Below, one piece after another: positions 1 through 13,310 of a stretch of DNA of 64,000 nt (the first letter of the stretch is position 1; every line of letters begins with the position of its first letter). The position numbers and the translations under genes are program-made. The stretch lies in the NCBI RefSeq assembly GCF_001194135.2, contig NC_069001.1, positions 34,135,172 to 34,199,171 of the forward strand, read 5' to 3'. The notes beneath the pieces were generated by a model. That model searched no databases. It saw nothing but the letters and a program-made list of their open reading frames with translations, and was not told the origin of the DNA. The DNA is from Octopus bimaculoides. Taxonomy: Eukaryota.

Positions 1-145
1 GGAGGGAGGGAAACTTTGGGTGAATACCTAATGCTGAAAGTGACTTATTTCTTCAATGATATGTCAATATTGCTAAATGCAGCAGTTGATCTGTAGAAGG
101 CTCACCACAGAAATTCCATGTCAATTTAAGAAAAATCGAAAATGA

Positions 146-565
146 TTGTATGTATGTGCTTGTGTATGCAATACATGTACACTCACTCACTCACTCACAC
201 GCACACACACATGCATACACACACACATGCATACACACACACATACAAACACACACACGCATATACACACACACACATATATATTTAGTTTGTCATTAAA
301 TATATGCATATATATGTGTGTATGTGTATATACATGCACCCACCTGCATATACATATATACACTCAGTAATAAATATTTACATATATGTATGTGTCTATA
401 TATATATATATATATATGTATATATGTGTGTGTGTGTGAGTGTATGTGTGTGTATGTATATATATATTTGGCTTGTGATTGAAATTATTTATAAATATGC
501 AGGCCCCCATACATTTATATATATTATACACATTTGTACCCAATGTGTTTGTGTGTGTGTGTATG

Positions 566-623
<58 letters not shown>

Positions 624-650
624 CATACACGCATATACATACATGTATAT
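146..650. repeat. Compound (CA)n/(TA)n/(TG)n microsatellite field
   Basis: Continuous dinucleotide and tetranucleotide runs; source of the [12 protein letters not shown] pseudo-ORFs. Confidence 0.95.
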
Positions 651-1557
651 AATCAAAAAACAAAAACATAATGATTTGAGGTAATAGAAATAAAAAATCC
701 ATTTTAGTAGAAATTTATTTAATATCAGGATTATTCAGGTGGAGATGAATATAATGATTGGTTTGGTCTTTTGTTATTGCTGTTGTTGTTGTTATCCTTC
801 CACCTCCTTACTTGTTTTTCTTTTTACTATATTTTATTTATTTGTTTTTTTCTTGTTTTCTTCCTTTCCGTGCTGCTATCAAAGTACCCTTCTTACCCCT
901 CAACAGCCGTCGCTGGCAATACATTTTCTCTATATTACTTTCAGACGGATGGACAGTTTTGTGATTGCATTCATTTGCCTGGCCGATGCTGCTGTGTCTG
1001 TGCTCCCATACTGTCCTCATTACCCCCATCGTCATCTTCCAGTTCTCTGTTGATTGAGATTTGATTCAGTGCAAGATGTCTAGCAGGATCCGGTTCCATT
1101 CTTAGCAGACAGACAGAACTGCAGCCGAGACTTGGATTGTTACTTTTCCCTTTAATAAATCTCATATTCTGATAAAGCTAATGCAGGCTCCTACTGGAAT
1201 CTGATAGAAAGAAACTGAAGTAATTTATAGTCATCAGTGTTTATATGAGTAGTGGATACGTGTGGCATTTTATGGGTGTGCATATGTGTACATAATTTAA
1301 ATATATGTGTATATTTCTATATGCATAGCTGTATGTTGATGTGTCTGTGTACACATTATCTTTGTGTGAGTATGGATTTGTATGGATGTATCTATAGAAA
1401 TGTGTGTGTGTGTGTGTGTGTCTGCAAAGGAATATGTTGTGGGCTGTCCGTCCATACATACAACACCTGACATAAGCTGAACATGAATGGGTTTGGCTAC
1501 TTTGTTCATTTGAATGTGTGGTAGATGTGTATTACACTGTATAAAATTTTAAGAATA

Positions 1558-1606
<49 letters not shown>

Positions 1607-1784
1607 NNNNNNNNNNNNNNNNNNNNNNNNNNNNNNNNNNNNNNNNNNNNNNNNNNNNNNNNNNNNNNNNNNNNNNNNNNNNNNNNNNNNNNNNNNNNNN
1701 NNNNNNNNNNNNNNNNNNNNNNNNNNNNNNNNNNNNNNNNTATATATATATATATATATATATATATTTACATACATATATGCA

Positions 1785-1815
<31 letters not shown>

Positions 1816-1832
1816 TTACATACATATATGTA

Positions 1833-1875
<43 letters not shown>

Positions 1876-3009
1876 GTACATATGGAAGGGAGAGTCAGTG
1901 AGTGTGTGTACATAGGTGCACGTGCACACACATCTACTTCTTCATATTCAAATACACATATCTGTATTTACATAGATGTTTTGTTTTCACTGTAAGACAC
2001 TTGATCATATAAAAGCACAACTATTAATTCTTCAAAAACAAGCATACTTCCTAAGTGAGCAAGCTCACTCTTTGATCACTTCAAAGATTGCTACACACAT
2101 GCACACACACACATGCACATGCATAAGGGGTTGGGATTGAAAAGAAAAATAATTTAGGTTCAGTAGCTTCATTACTCTAATATATCTTGGTGTTTTTAGT
2201 CCTACAATAAACTTGTCAGCAGTGAAATTTAATGGCTGAAGACATCACCTTGCAATATTTATTACTTCATTTAATTAAACTCCTATTTTTTTTTGTAATA
2301 TAAATAATCACTATTTTTGATAATTACTTATTTTTATTTTATTGGATATCTTCAATAAGAAGTGTAACAGCAGGAAAGTTCTAAATAGACTGACACACAC
2401 TGTATGTGCATGCATGTATCATCATCATCATTGCTAAACGTCCGCTTTCCATGCTGGCATGGGTTGCATATATATATATATATACACACACATTGTAAAG
2501 ACAGAATCTCCACACAAGAAAGAATCAACGAGGAGAATCTTTTCATAGAGAAATTCCAACCATTTCTTAACACACATACCTCTCAGTGACCTTATTTCTC
2601 TAGGAACAGACATAAACTTCCTGTTGAAAAAGAGTTCATAACTCCAACTAAACAGATTTGTCTCCCCTTACACACACTTCCTGTTTTGACACCACNNNNN
2701 NNNNNNNNNNNNNNNNNNNNNNNNNNNNNNNNNNNNNNNNNNNNNNNNNNNNNNNNNNNNNNNNNNNNNNNNNNNNNNNNNNNNNNNNNNNNNNNNNNNN
2801 NNNNNNNNNNNNNNNNNNNNNNNNNNNNNNNNNNNNNNNNNNNNNNNNNNNNNNNNNNNNNNNNNNNNNNNNNNNNNNNNNNNNNNNNNNNNNNNNNNNN
2901 NNNNNNNNNNNNNNNNNNNNNNNNNNNNNNNNNNNNNNNNNNNNNNNNNNNNNNNNNNNNNNNNNNNNNNNNNNNNNNNNNNNNNNNNNNNNNNNNNNNN
3001 NNNNNNNNT

Positions 3010-3235
3010 TATATGTATGTGTGTTTGTGTATCTGTGTTTGTTCCCCCACCATCGCTTGACAACCGATGCTGGTGTGTTTACGTCCCCATAACCTAGCGG
3101 TTCGGCAAAAAGAGACCGATAGAATAAGTACTAGGCTTACAAAGAATAAGTCCCGGGGTCGATTTTCTCGACTAAAGGTGGTGCTCCAGCATGGCCGCAG
3201 TCAAATGACTGAAACAAGTAAAAGAGTAAAAGAGA
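3010..3235 (+). mobile_element. SINE family C (working label), 3' half
   Basis: Matches copies at 23032, 34650, 49542, 58865 and 60345 (ATCGCTTGACAACCGATGCTGGTGTGTTTACGTCCCC ... CAGCATGGCCGCAGTCAAATGACTGAAACAAGTAAAAGAG tail). Confidence 0.85.
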
Positions 3236-3241
3236 GTATAT

Positions 3242-3604
3242 ATATAAGGGAAATATGTCAAGGTAGAAAATGCTAAAATAATTTTATCATGAAGAACATT
3301 TTACTACTGCTACTTAAACAATCAAAACCAAAAACTCGTATCAAATATTAGGACTGCTGCTACCTGCTACCAAGCCGTCGCGGGAGTAAAAAAAACAAAA
3401 CAAAAGAGAGAGAGAGAAAGAAAAGGAAAATGTCCCTTGTATTTGAAAACTAGGAAAATATTTTAAAAAAACATTTCATTTAATTTTCCCATAATTTAAT
3501 TGTTTTTCAAGTTGAAAAAGTTGCAAAGACTGAAACTGGTACTAAAATGTTCTTCATGATAAAATTATTTTAGCATCATCTACCTTGTCTTATTTTCCTT
3601 ATAC
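3242..3604. mobile_element. MITE/foldback-like element with ~62-bp terminal inverted repeats
   Basis: 3242-3305 (ATATAAGGGAAATATGTCAAGGTAGAAAATGCTAAAATAATTTTATCATGAAGAACATTTTAC) is the near reverse complement of 3540-3604. Confidence 0.7.
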
Positions 3605-3636
3605 ATATCAACTCGTGTGTTCCTTTTCAACCTTCT

Positions 3637-3684
<48 letters not shown>

Positions 3685-3685
3685 A

Positions 3686-3948
3686 GGCATGTGACCTAGT
3701 GGTTAGGCTATTGCACTTATGATTGCTAGATTGTGGCTTTGATTCCCTGACTGGGTGGAATTTTGTGTTCTTGAGCAAAACACTTCATTTCATGTTGCTC
3801 CAGTCCCCCTGGCGATCAGCAGGGAATCTTGGCCTGCTCACCTAACCAGCAGGATGACATCATTTGAAGGTTTAAACAGTGCGAATGTATATTTTGACCA
3901 TCAATGTGTAATAACATCTGATAACCTGGTTGGTCATGCAATCAAGTG
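3686..3948 (+). mobile_element. tRNA-derived SINE with CORE-like segment
   Basis: A-box-like TGACCTAGTGGTTAG, B-box-like CTTTGATTCCC, then GTGTTCTTGAGCAAAACACTTCATTTCATGTTGCTCCAGT, which resembles the CORE-SINE domain from memory. Confidence 0.7.
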
Positions 3949-3980
3949 ACCTCATAATATATATATGTGTGTGTTTGAGA

Positions 3981-4012
<32 letters not shown>

Positions 4013-4380
4013 GGAGGCGCAATCGCCCAGTGGTTAGGGCAGCGGACTCGTGGTCGTAGGATCGTGGTTTCGATTCCCAGACCGGGCGTTGTGAGTGTTT
4101 ATTGAGCAAAAACACCTAAAGTTCCACGAGGCTCCAGCAGGGGATGGTGGCAAACCCTGCTGTACTCTTTCACCACAACTTTCTCCCACTCTTACTTCCT
4201 GTTTCTGTTGTGCCTGTATTTCAAAGGGCCAGCCTTGTCACACTCTGTGTCACACTGAATCTCTTAAGGGTACACGTGTCTGTGGAGTGCTCAGCCACTT
4301 GCACGTTAATTTCATGAGCAGGGTGTTCCGTTGATTAGATCAACTGGAACCCTCATCATCATAACCGACAGAGTGCCAAC
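4013..4380 (+). mobile_element. SINE family B, apparently full length
   Basis: Pol III A box (TCGCCCAGTGGTTAG) and B box (GGTTTCGATTCCC); the 3' part recurs at 14355-14458 and the body at 26626-26848. Confidence 0.85.
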
Positions 4381-4502
4381 AATATATATATATATACATA
4401 TAAACTTAGATGGTAATTTTGTCATAAGTAAAAGGATGTAATAACTCTCGTTTGCTTGTTTCACGTGTGTAGGAAAAATCAAACTAAGTAGACAATATAC
4501 GT

Positions 4503-4739
4503 TGATAGTTCTCAACCATTTTTTACCTGTGGAGCGATTTGATTCCTGTTTTAATTCAGTAGACCCTTATAGCCATTTTATGATTTAAAAATCCTATTAC
4601 ATCTTTATAATTAAATATTATTAAGAATTGTACTTAAAAGATTATGAAAATATTTTATGTACATAAATTTTAACACCAAAATCTTACATGGACTCTCTGC
4701 CTCCCCAAGGGTCATGTGGATCCTGATTGAGACCAACTG
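4503..4739. mobile_element. hAT-like MITE (degraded; same family as 52338, opposite orientation)
   Basis: Degenerate TIRs GATAGTTCTCAACC ... ATTGAGACCAACTG; the internal AT-rich body aligns by eye to the reverse complement of 52338-52575. Confidence 0.7.
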
Positions 4740-5533
4740 ATGTACACAAATAAGGACAGAGTCTTGTGAATTCATGTAGGGCATGTATAGATAGAAATTA
4801 TGTCTCTGTGTAAGTACACACACATGCACACAAACTCATAGACACACAAACACACGTATATCTATAGAGACACATGCACACAGATATCTGCATACAAACA
4901 TATATTAGCACCTGTAGCTATTATTGCAAGTTAAAAGCAGGTACATGTATGAAAATAATATGACAAGAGTTTTAAGTGGTGTAAAAAAATAATTCCACTA
5001 TCACAGAATAAAATTGTTACAAGTGCACATTCAAATATGTTATTAACCTGAACGTGAATGATATTACTTCAGGTTATAAGTGAAATAAAGAGAGTGAAAG
5101 TGAGAGCAAGGGACAGAATCACATGTATTTACACACACATACACACACACACACACACACATATATATTTATATATAACACAGAGGATGAAAGAAAAGAT
5201 AAGTCACTTGCAGGATTCGACTGCTACTCTTGCTTTATGCTGCATAGATGTGCTAACCACTGTACAAAAGTAATGTCACTAAAATGATTGTCTAAATTAA
5301 AAATCTTAATTTAGATAGCTAAGAGCGCATGTACCAGTGGCATTTAAACAGAGCTGTTCACACACTATCAAGGGATATTAATTATATATATCTAATATAG
5401 AAGAGGATGGAAAAATATCTATCTATCTATCTATCTCTCACACACACACACATACACACATATATGTATATACAGAGAGAGAGAGAGAGAAATATATACC
5501 CAACTTCACTGTTTATCTCTCTCTGCATGTGTT

Positions 5534-5568
<35 letters not shown>

Positions 5569-5993
5569 ATGTATGTATGTGTATGCAACAAATACACACG
5601 TATCTATATATCTATTTTTCTACACCCACTCTCAGATAGATATATTTGTTGTAGAACTAAAAATTTAATATCCATTATTAACAAATGTAAATTAATTCAT
5701 AAACATATAAGACAATAAAACATCTGTTTGAGTAATATATGGTTATATATTTTTTATGCAACCTGTTGCTACCAAGTGTTAGCTTGCAATAAAATCATAT
5801 TCTGAAGGTTACAGTCAGTGACTCAGATACTTTTGTATGAAGATGTGCATTAGATAAGCTTAACCTTTACCAGAAGATAAAAAGATAATGTAACTGGAGA
5901 AAATAATATTGCAGCATAAGATATTAAAAATTATGCAAAAATGTGGAAAAATAGTATCTACCAATAAATAAATTAATAAACATATGAGGCAAC

Positions 5994-6031
<38 letters not shown>

Positions 6032-6339
6032 GTTCTTTCTTTCTTTCTTTTTGTTTCTTTTTCTCTTTCTTCCTTTCTAATACATGCAGTTGCATGTGTA
6101 TGTATGGATTTATGCATTTCATGTATGTAAACACCAACATGCTGCTGACCCAGATCTTAGAGCAGAGACTGTGGAAGATTTAGGATAGAAATTCCAGATG
6201 AGATGGAAATAATACCTCTAGAATCAAGAGGCATCAGCATAAATGTAGTGAAGAATATTGTTTCAGTAAGTAGGAAAGAAGACAGAATGTTAGCACCAGC
6301 ACAAAAAATGGCCATGCTCAGTGTATAGCACAGAAGTTC

Positions 6340-7140
6340 CATAAGATGGAGTTTCCAGGAGTTGAAATTTCATATGATGTGCCAAAATGATCTATAAGTG
6401 CATAAGATGGATAGCAGAATCAAACATAGGCTGACAAGGAATAATGACTTCACTTATGGTAGATGTACAGGGTAGTTTGTCTTCAAGGTACCACCAGTAA
6501 AATATGTTCTTTCTAATGCTCAAAGGGCTCTGTAGAATTTATAGAAATAGTAGAGAAATTCTGGTAACTAGATGATCAGCAGTGGAAGAGGGTTTTTTTG
6601 AATGAGTTGTACTCATAATTGGAACCAAGCAGAAAAAATGTTGAGGGAGCTATTGCTTCCTCTGACAGCAAAGGATTTTCCTCTCTGAGCAAAAGGTAGA
6701 TTGTATGATGCTTGTGTACAAACTGTGATGCATTATTGGCACTGAATGCAGAGGACATGTAAAGGTTTTCAAGAAACAAAGTAAACATGATTTGAGAGCT
6801 CTGTAATGTTAGTTTTGCATGAATGACAAAGCATAAATGAGAGAAAAACTGGGCATAAGAGGAATCAGTTGTACTGTGCAAGAGTGGTGGTTATACTAGT
6901 ATGAATATGTAATGTGTTTGGATGATGATGAGTGAGTGAGAAAGTGCCAGGACATTCATGTGGATCAAACTAGTGGGAGAAGACAACTGAGAAGGATGCG
7001 AGTAGTGATGAGAAGACTAATCTCAAAAAGCTGAACCTGACAAAGGAGGTGGATGGCATCGGAATGCAACTACACCATGAGATGCTTTGCTGAAGAAGTC
7101 CTGTCTAATTCATGCAGACATAGAAAAACAGATGTAAAAT
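6340..7140 (+). mobile_element. Degraded RTE-clade LINE, post-RT ORF C-terminus and 3' end
   Basis: Interrupted peptides EIVEKFW*LDDQ, RELLLPLTAKDFPL*AKGRLYDACVQTVMHY and MREKLGIRGISCTVQE resemble RTE ORF C-termini; ends CATGCAGACATAGAAAAACAGATGTAAAAT, like the short RTE-tailed repeats. Confidence 0.75.
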
Positions 7141-8034
7141 TGGTGATTATCACAACACCAACAGTAGAACCACATCAGTGAGCAGTTTCTGATGATTTGT
7201 TCCATTCACTTCACACATGGTCTTCATGTATAAATTAGCACTTAATGTGATCCTATAAGAAAACTTAGGAAATTCATTCAATCAATTTCTTCTCTCATAT
7301 TCTTTATATCTTTCTCTATTGTTTACATACAAATCAAACGGTGTTAATTAAAGAAATGAAAGGCAATCCAGTTTCACGAAAATCGTTAGTTAAACATTGG
7401 CATGGAAAAGGCATTACCCCAGATGATGGTGATGAAGATGTGCTGAAACAGCCATTCTGACTCACAGGGATAGTGAAATAAGAGTAAGAGTGATACAATG
7501 AAGTAAAGAAAAATTATAATCTAACTCTATCAATTAAATGACACATTTGAACAATTACTGGGACAAAATCTACAATATCTCAGATTACTTTATAGCAAAA
7601 TATTTTCCCATTCACACTCTGCATAGGACAAAAAAACCCAATTTATTTCAAGAAATTATGCTTCACACTACTTCTGCAACAAATTTAACTCAAAACCAGA
7701 TTCTTAGGAATGCTGTAACTGAAACTTATTACTTTCTCTGTATAAATTATTGACTCACTTAAAACCGTACAGTTACAAACTTTTCTTGTTGTAAACACTT
7801 GCTGTTTAACCACCTTCAATTATTATATTGTTATGGCTGATAAGAGGTCTGTCTTCTGGCAATACATTGAAAATAGGAAAAAAAAACTTCTATACTTTAT
7901 TGTTGTGTCTCCTGTATTAATATTTTCTCTCTCCGAAGTGAAAATAAAATACTGGCAAATTTGAAATAGCAGGGACAGTAATAGAATGGACAATAGAAGA
8001 ATTATTATGAAGTAACATATATATATATATATAC

Positions 8035-8193
8035 ATCATCATTATCTTTTAATATCCATTTTCCATGCTGGCATGGGTTGGATGGTTTGACCAGAGCTGG
8101 CAATGGCAAGCAGGAGAGCAGCACACCAGGTTCCATTCTGATCTGGCTTGGTTTCTACAGCTGGATGCCCTTCCTGAAGCCAACCAATTTACA

Positions 8194-8197
<4 letters not shown>
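8035..8197 (-). mobile_element. RTE-type 3' tail fragment
   Basis: (CAT)n then TTTCCATGCTGGCATGGGTTGG ... CTACAGCTGGATGCCCTTCC, as at 37598 and 54840. Confidence 0.8.
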
Positions 8198-8225
<28 letters not shown>

Positions 8226-8694
8226 NNNNNNNNNNNNNNNNNNNNNNNNNNNNNNNNNNNNNNNNNNNNNNNNNNNNNNNNNNNNNNNNNNNNNNNNNNN
8301 NNNNNNNNNNNNNNNNNNNNNNNNNNNNNNNNNNNNNNNNNNNNNNNNNNNNNNNNNNNNNNNNNNNNNNNNNNNNNNNNNNNNNNNNNNNNNNNNNNNN
8401 NNNNNNNNNNNNNNNNNNNNNNNNNNNNNNNNNNNTATATATATATATATATATATATATACATACATCTTTAATCTTTTGTTTCAGTCATTAGACTGGG
8501 GCCCCATCATGGAAAATTTTTTGTCAAATTAACTGACCCCAGTACTTATTTTTTAAAAGCTTGCTACTTATTCCATCTGTTTTCTTTTGCCAGACTTCTA
8601 AGTGACAAGGTTATAAATAAACCAGCACCAGTTATCAAGCAGTAATGGGGAGGGGACAGGTGCTTGTGTGGGTGTATGTGTGTTTGTGTTTGTT

Positions 8695-8726
<32 letters not shown>

Positions 8727-8842
8727 ATAGACGCATTGAAAAAAGGAGAGGATTAAAGATAAATAGATGGTGAGCAAAAGAGCTGATAGAAAGGATGAGA
8801 GGAAAGAGTGACGAAGACAGAGAAAATGAAGTAGTACTAGAG

Positions 8843-8925
8843 GTGGTGTGGTGGTGGTGGTGGTGGCGTGGTGGTGGTGGTGTGGTGGCGTGGTGGTGTG
8901 GTGGTCATGGTGGTAATGGTGGTGT
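8843..8925. repeat. Imperfect (GGT)n trinucleotide tract
   Basis: Direct reading. Confidence 0.9.
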
Positions 8926-10113
8926 TAGTAGCAACAGTTGTAATCTAAATGCTTCAGCTAACTCTCCAAATAAAAACAATGTTGTTGTCATGGTCAGTGA
9001 ATGATTAGTTTCATTTTACTATTGCTTCTGACCGAGGGTTTTTTTTTGTTTTGTCACACAAACCAAACATATGTTAGAAGGAAAAGAAGAAGGAAAAGAA
9101 CCACAACACACAACACACAACAGCCTCCCCCCTACCCCCAATTTATACCTAGCAACAACAAAATGAAGACTGAACATAGAAGAATCATTTTGTATTCAAT
9201 TATTCAAACATATCTTGCTTGCAGCAAGCACACACACACACGCACACACACACACACGCACACGCGCGCACACACACACACACACGCACACACACACACG
9301 TTGTAAGAAATACTCACACACGCATTCACACTCGCATATGACACTGTGTATACTTAAGCTAACATGAACAGCAACAGATAATAGGTTTCTACAAAACTGT
9401 AGCAGTTTAAGTACACTGAGACTAATACAATAAGTTGTGTTTGACTTCATCTCTCGGCTTGTTTAGATGATAAAAGCAAGTAAGCAATGTTGTGAGAAGT
9501 ATTGCTTGTGAGACCCAATGTGCTATGTCACTCACTGACCATAACATCAAAGTCAGCCTTATAAATATGTTACACTATCTTGGTCACAAGTGCTTCAGAT
9601 ACCGCTGTAAAGGAGTCTTCTTCATCTCTCTCTCTTTTCTTTCTATCTTTTTTCTTTACCTTTTTTCTTTATCGTTTTTTTTTGGGGGGGGGGGTATTTT
9701 TATATATATTCTTAGAGTTTGCAGTTCTTGCAGAAATAACTGACTTTGGTCTTGCTATATGAGACGAGAATGAAACCAAAAAGAAAAAAAATATGGATAA
9801 GAGTATAATAACCAGGCAGATCAGAGGCTCTAACTAATTATTCAACATAACCTGGTCTTTCAAAATTACAAAAAACAAACAAAACAAAAATAAACAAAAC
9901 AAAAAGAAACAAACAAAGAACATGTTACATAACAAAAATATATTAATAAAAATAAAAGCAAAAAACACAGTTTGTTAATAACAATGGCCGTGCCCCAGCA
10001 TGGTCACAGCTCATGAGCTGAAACTAGATAAAATGAAAAAAGGTGAGCTGAATGAGTACAATATGAAAACTGTATAACAAGATAGAAAATAAAATTTAGC
10101 ATATAACACGTGT

Positions 10114-10144
<31 letters not shown>

Positions 10145-10355
10145 TGTAAATATGTATATATAAACATATTGATATATATATAAATATATAGATATCTGTA
10201 TACATGTGTATGTGTGTATATAATATAAAATGATATAATATGTATGTATAAATATATATATATATATGTGTGTATATGTATATATATATGTATGTATGTA
10301 TATATGTATATGTATATACATATATATATGTATGTATATATCCATATCTATCTAC

Positions 10356-10391
<36 letters not shown>

Positions 10392-10961
10392 ATATATATA
10401 TATTATGTACGCATATTTATGGAAACTTTATTAGTTCTCTCCATAACTAGAGAGAATGATATTTTTGACTGTTCCTTGGAAAAGATCTTATTTAAATTTC
10501 TGATCTGTTGAGTGACCTAATCAAAGTGGCAAAGATCTTCAGTAAACCATATATGCAAATCCAGGCAGCAAGAACTTACATCATCTCAACAAGAACAACA
10601 CACACACACATGCACGTGTGCACGTGCACACACACACACACACACCCTCCACTCATGCACACACATACAGTTAGGTGTCTCTCTTAATATGTGTGCTTTG
10701 CATAAGTATTAACACACGAGACACCCTCCTCCACATACACATCTGCATAAGTGCTCATGTACACACACACACACAGATACACACGTGCACTATATACATA
10801 AATATGTATATACAGATATATGTGATCATCATCTCAATACAACGTATACACCTGCGCAAATACCTACCTACACAAATACATATGCACATACGCACACATT
10901 ATGCATATGATAAATAAAAAGGAAAAAAAGAATAAAACAATGTGTGTTGATATCCACATGC

Positions 10962-11011
<50 letters not shown>

Positions 11012-11875
11012 GCGCACACACACATGTTCACACCCTCTCTCACATACATGCACACATACACACGATTCACGTAAGATGAAAGAAGTGCACTGAGACCTAA
11101 GAACCGACATTCACCCTGACGTGACCATACACAACAATTACATTAAAATCATCTACAAGAGGTCTAGGGACTCTGGTAATTGTGCCCTGATAAATATTAT
11201 TGTTGAATTCTCTTTATAAGAAATACAACTCACATCATCATCATCATCAACCGTTCGTGTACCTGACATATCTGAATTCCCTCGTCAACACCGTGTCTTA
11301 TTGTTATGTACTGATTTTCCATCACCACCATTGCTCTTATATCTGACAACCCGACAATATATCACCTTCTCACCTTTTTTTTTTTCCTTCTTCAACCCCA
11401 ACCACCAACCTTGCTATGAACCTGTTTTTGCCAACTCGTTTCATGACTTGAATTTATTAGTTGCTTTACATCTTTCTAAACACAACAGACTTCTGCAATC
11501 TCCAATGCTATCATCCTTGCTAACTATTTGTCTCTCTAGGAACCAACCATTAAATATGCTATCACTGCTACCAATCACTATGACAAATTACTAATTTTCT
11601 TGCAGCCCAAGGAGGGTAACTTCTATGTAATCACTAAACCTACTAGACATAGCAGTTAAATTGTTTCTCAATTGCATCATAGAAATTGCACCCATAGCAA
11701 ACATCATAGAAACTACAACTAAATCTCTTTTAAATCAAAAACAGCTAATGAAAGAATCAGCAAGTGGTTATTCAGTTTGCTAGAAATAGCAACCAAATTT
11801 CCCATAGATCACAAGTCCTCTAAGACATAAAATAGCCAACACTTTTTGTCAAGGAGTTGGGGAGGCAAATAGCAC

Positions 11876-11916
<41 letters not shown>

Positions 11917-12533
11917 ATGAGCTTCAGCACAGTCTCATCTACTGAAATTACTCGCAAAGCATTGGTCAACATGGGGCTGCAGTAAAAGATGCTTGCCCAA
12001 CAGTGCTGCCACACAATGGTACTGAACCTGAGACCATGTGGTTGCAAAGTGAACTTTTAAAACCACACAGCTGTACCAATGCCTGTGATATCTTTCCAAA
12101 GATACCTTTTGATATGAAGCTATCATATCATCATCAGAGGATAAATTCAAACAGGCTGAATTTTCCACCAATCAACCGAACCATCAAATGATCTACCAGC
12201 CAGCCAACCAACCAGCCAGCCAACAAATAGTTTTTTTGTTTCTTTTTCTAGATTATTTCTCTTTGTTGCTTTCTCCAATGATTTGTAAAAAACAGTATTG
12301 TTTGGGACTCCCATGCTTGATTAGATGACAGAATAAGATAATTAGTTAGTAGGTTTCTATGTTACAAAGGGGAGAAAAAAAAAAGAAATGAGACGTCAAT
12401 GTGATGTTACTGTATGTGGAGCCTGGTTATCCTTGAAATGAAAAGCAGCCCCTACCCCCTGACTCACCCAATAAAAAAAAAACAGAAGAAGCAAAAAATA
12501 AAAATAAAAGAAATAGCCAGCATAATAAAGCAC

Positions 12534-12567
<34 letters not shown>

Positions 12568-13066
12568 TGTGATAATAATTATAATAAAAAAAAACGAACA
12601 ATTTTGATTGGGATAAATAAGCTGTCAGAATGGTGAATGTCAATCAGTTGTTTACTGAAACTTGGGTTTATAACTAATAATAATAATAATAATGATGATA
12701 ATAATGATAATAATAAATAAAATAACTCTATATAACTAGATTAATAAAAGTTATCTAAGGACCTGGTCCTCTTATCGGTTTGTATCACTGACATCTGATT
12801 CTTTCTGCTTCTGGTTTTCCTCTCATTCTGCCTATTCTCTCCTTTTATTCTTCATTCCCTTTATTTCTATTGCTACCCCCCCCCCNNNNNNNNNNNNNNN
12901 CCCCCCACTTCCAACATTGCTCTTCATCTTTGTTTCTCTCACCATCTGGCTACCTGTCTCTATCTCCCTTTTTTGCTCCTTCTCTCCCTTCGTTTGCATC
13001 TCTTCATATAACTTCCTGATAAATCTCTCAATAACTCCTCAGTGACTATTTTTCCACTCTTTACTC

Positions 13067-13100
<34 letters not shown>

Positions 13101-13268
13101 CGCCCCCCCCCGTCACAACCTCTTTCTCTCTTTTACTTGACTTCCCCATATTCATTTAGCTCTCTCTATCTATTTTAACCATAGATTTCTCTACCTTTTC
13201 ATCATCTCTCTCTCTCACTGTCTGTCTGTCTATCTCTCTCCTTCTTTCCCTCCTATTCTGCATGTGCA

Positions 13269-13310
<42 letters not shown>

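Noticed and set aside
146-702. ORFs rich in HT/YI/CV dipeptides (also near 1.2-2, 10-11, 14.7-15.2, 18.2-18.6, 23.5-24.2, 47.3-47.7, 55.8-56.5 and 62.2-63.3 kb)
   Set aside because: Translations of dinucleotide microsatellites, which lack stops in several frames.
1506-3092. Long ORFs containing X runs (also 8049-8532 and 58327-58615)
   Set aside because: They are open only because they cross N gaps.
4013-4090. tRNA-like sequence with A and B boxes
   Set aside because: It continues into a SINE body with related copies and has no convincing cloverleaf or acceptor stem; it is a SINE head, not a tRNA gene. The same applies to the other heads and to 63965-64000.
11110-11190. Minus frame GTITRVPRPLVDDFNVIVVYGHVR
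   Set aside because: Poor pyrimidine tract and weak donor; length expected by chance.
11606-11615. 10-nt microexon-like CTAATTTTCTTGCAG|CCCAAGGAGG|GTAACT
   Set aside because: Frame-shifting, moderate donor and no independent support.
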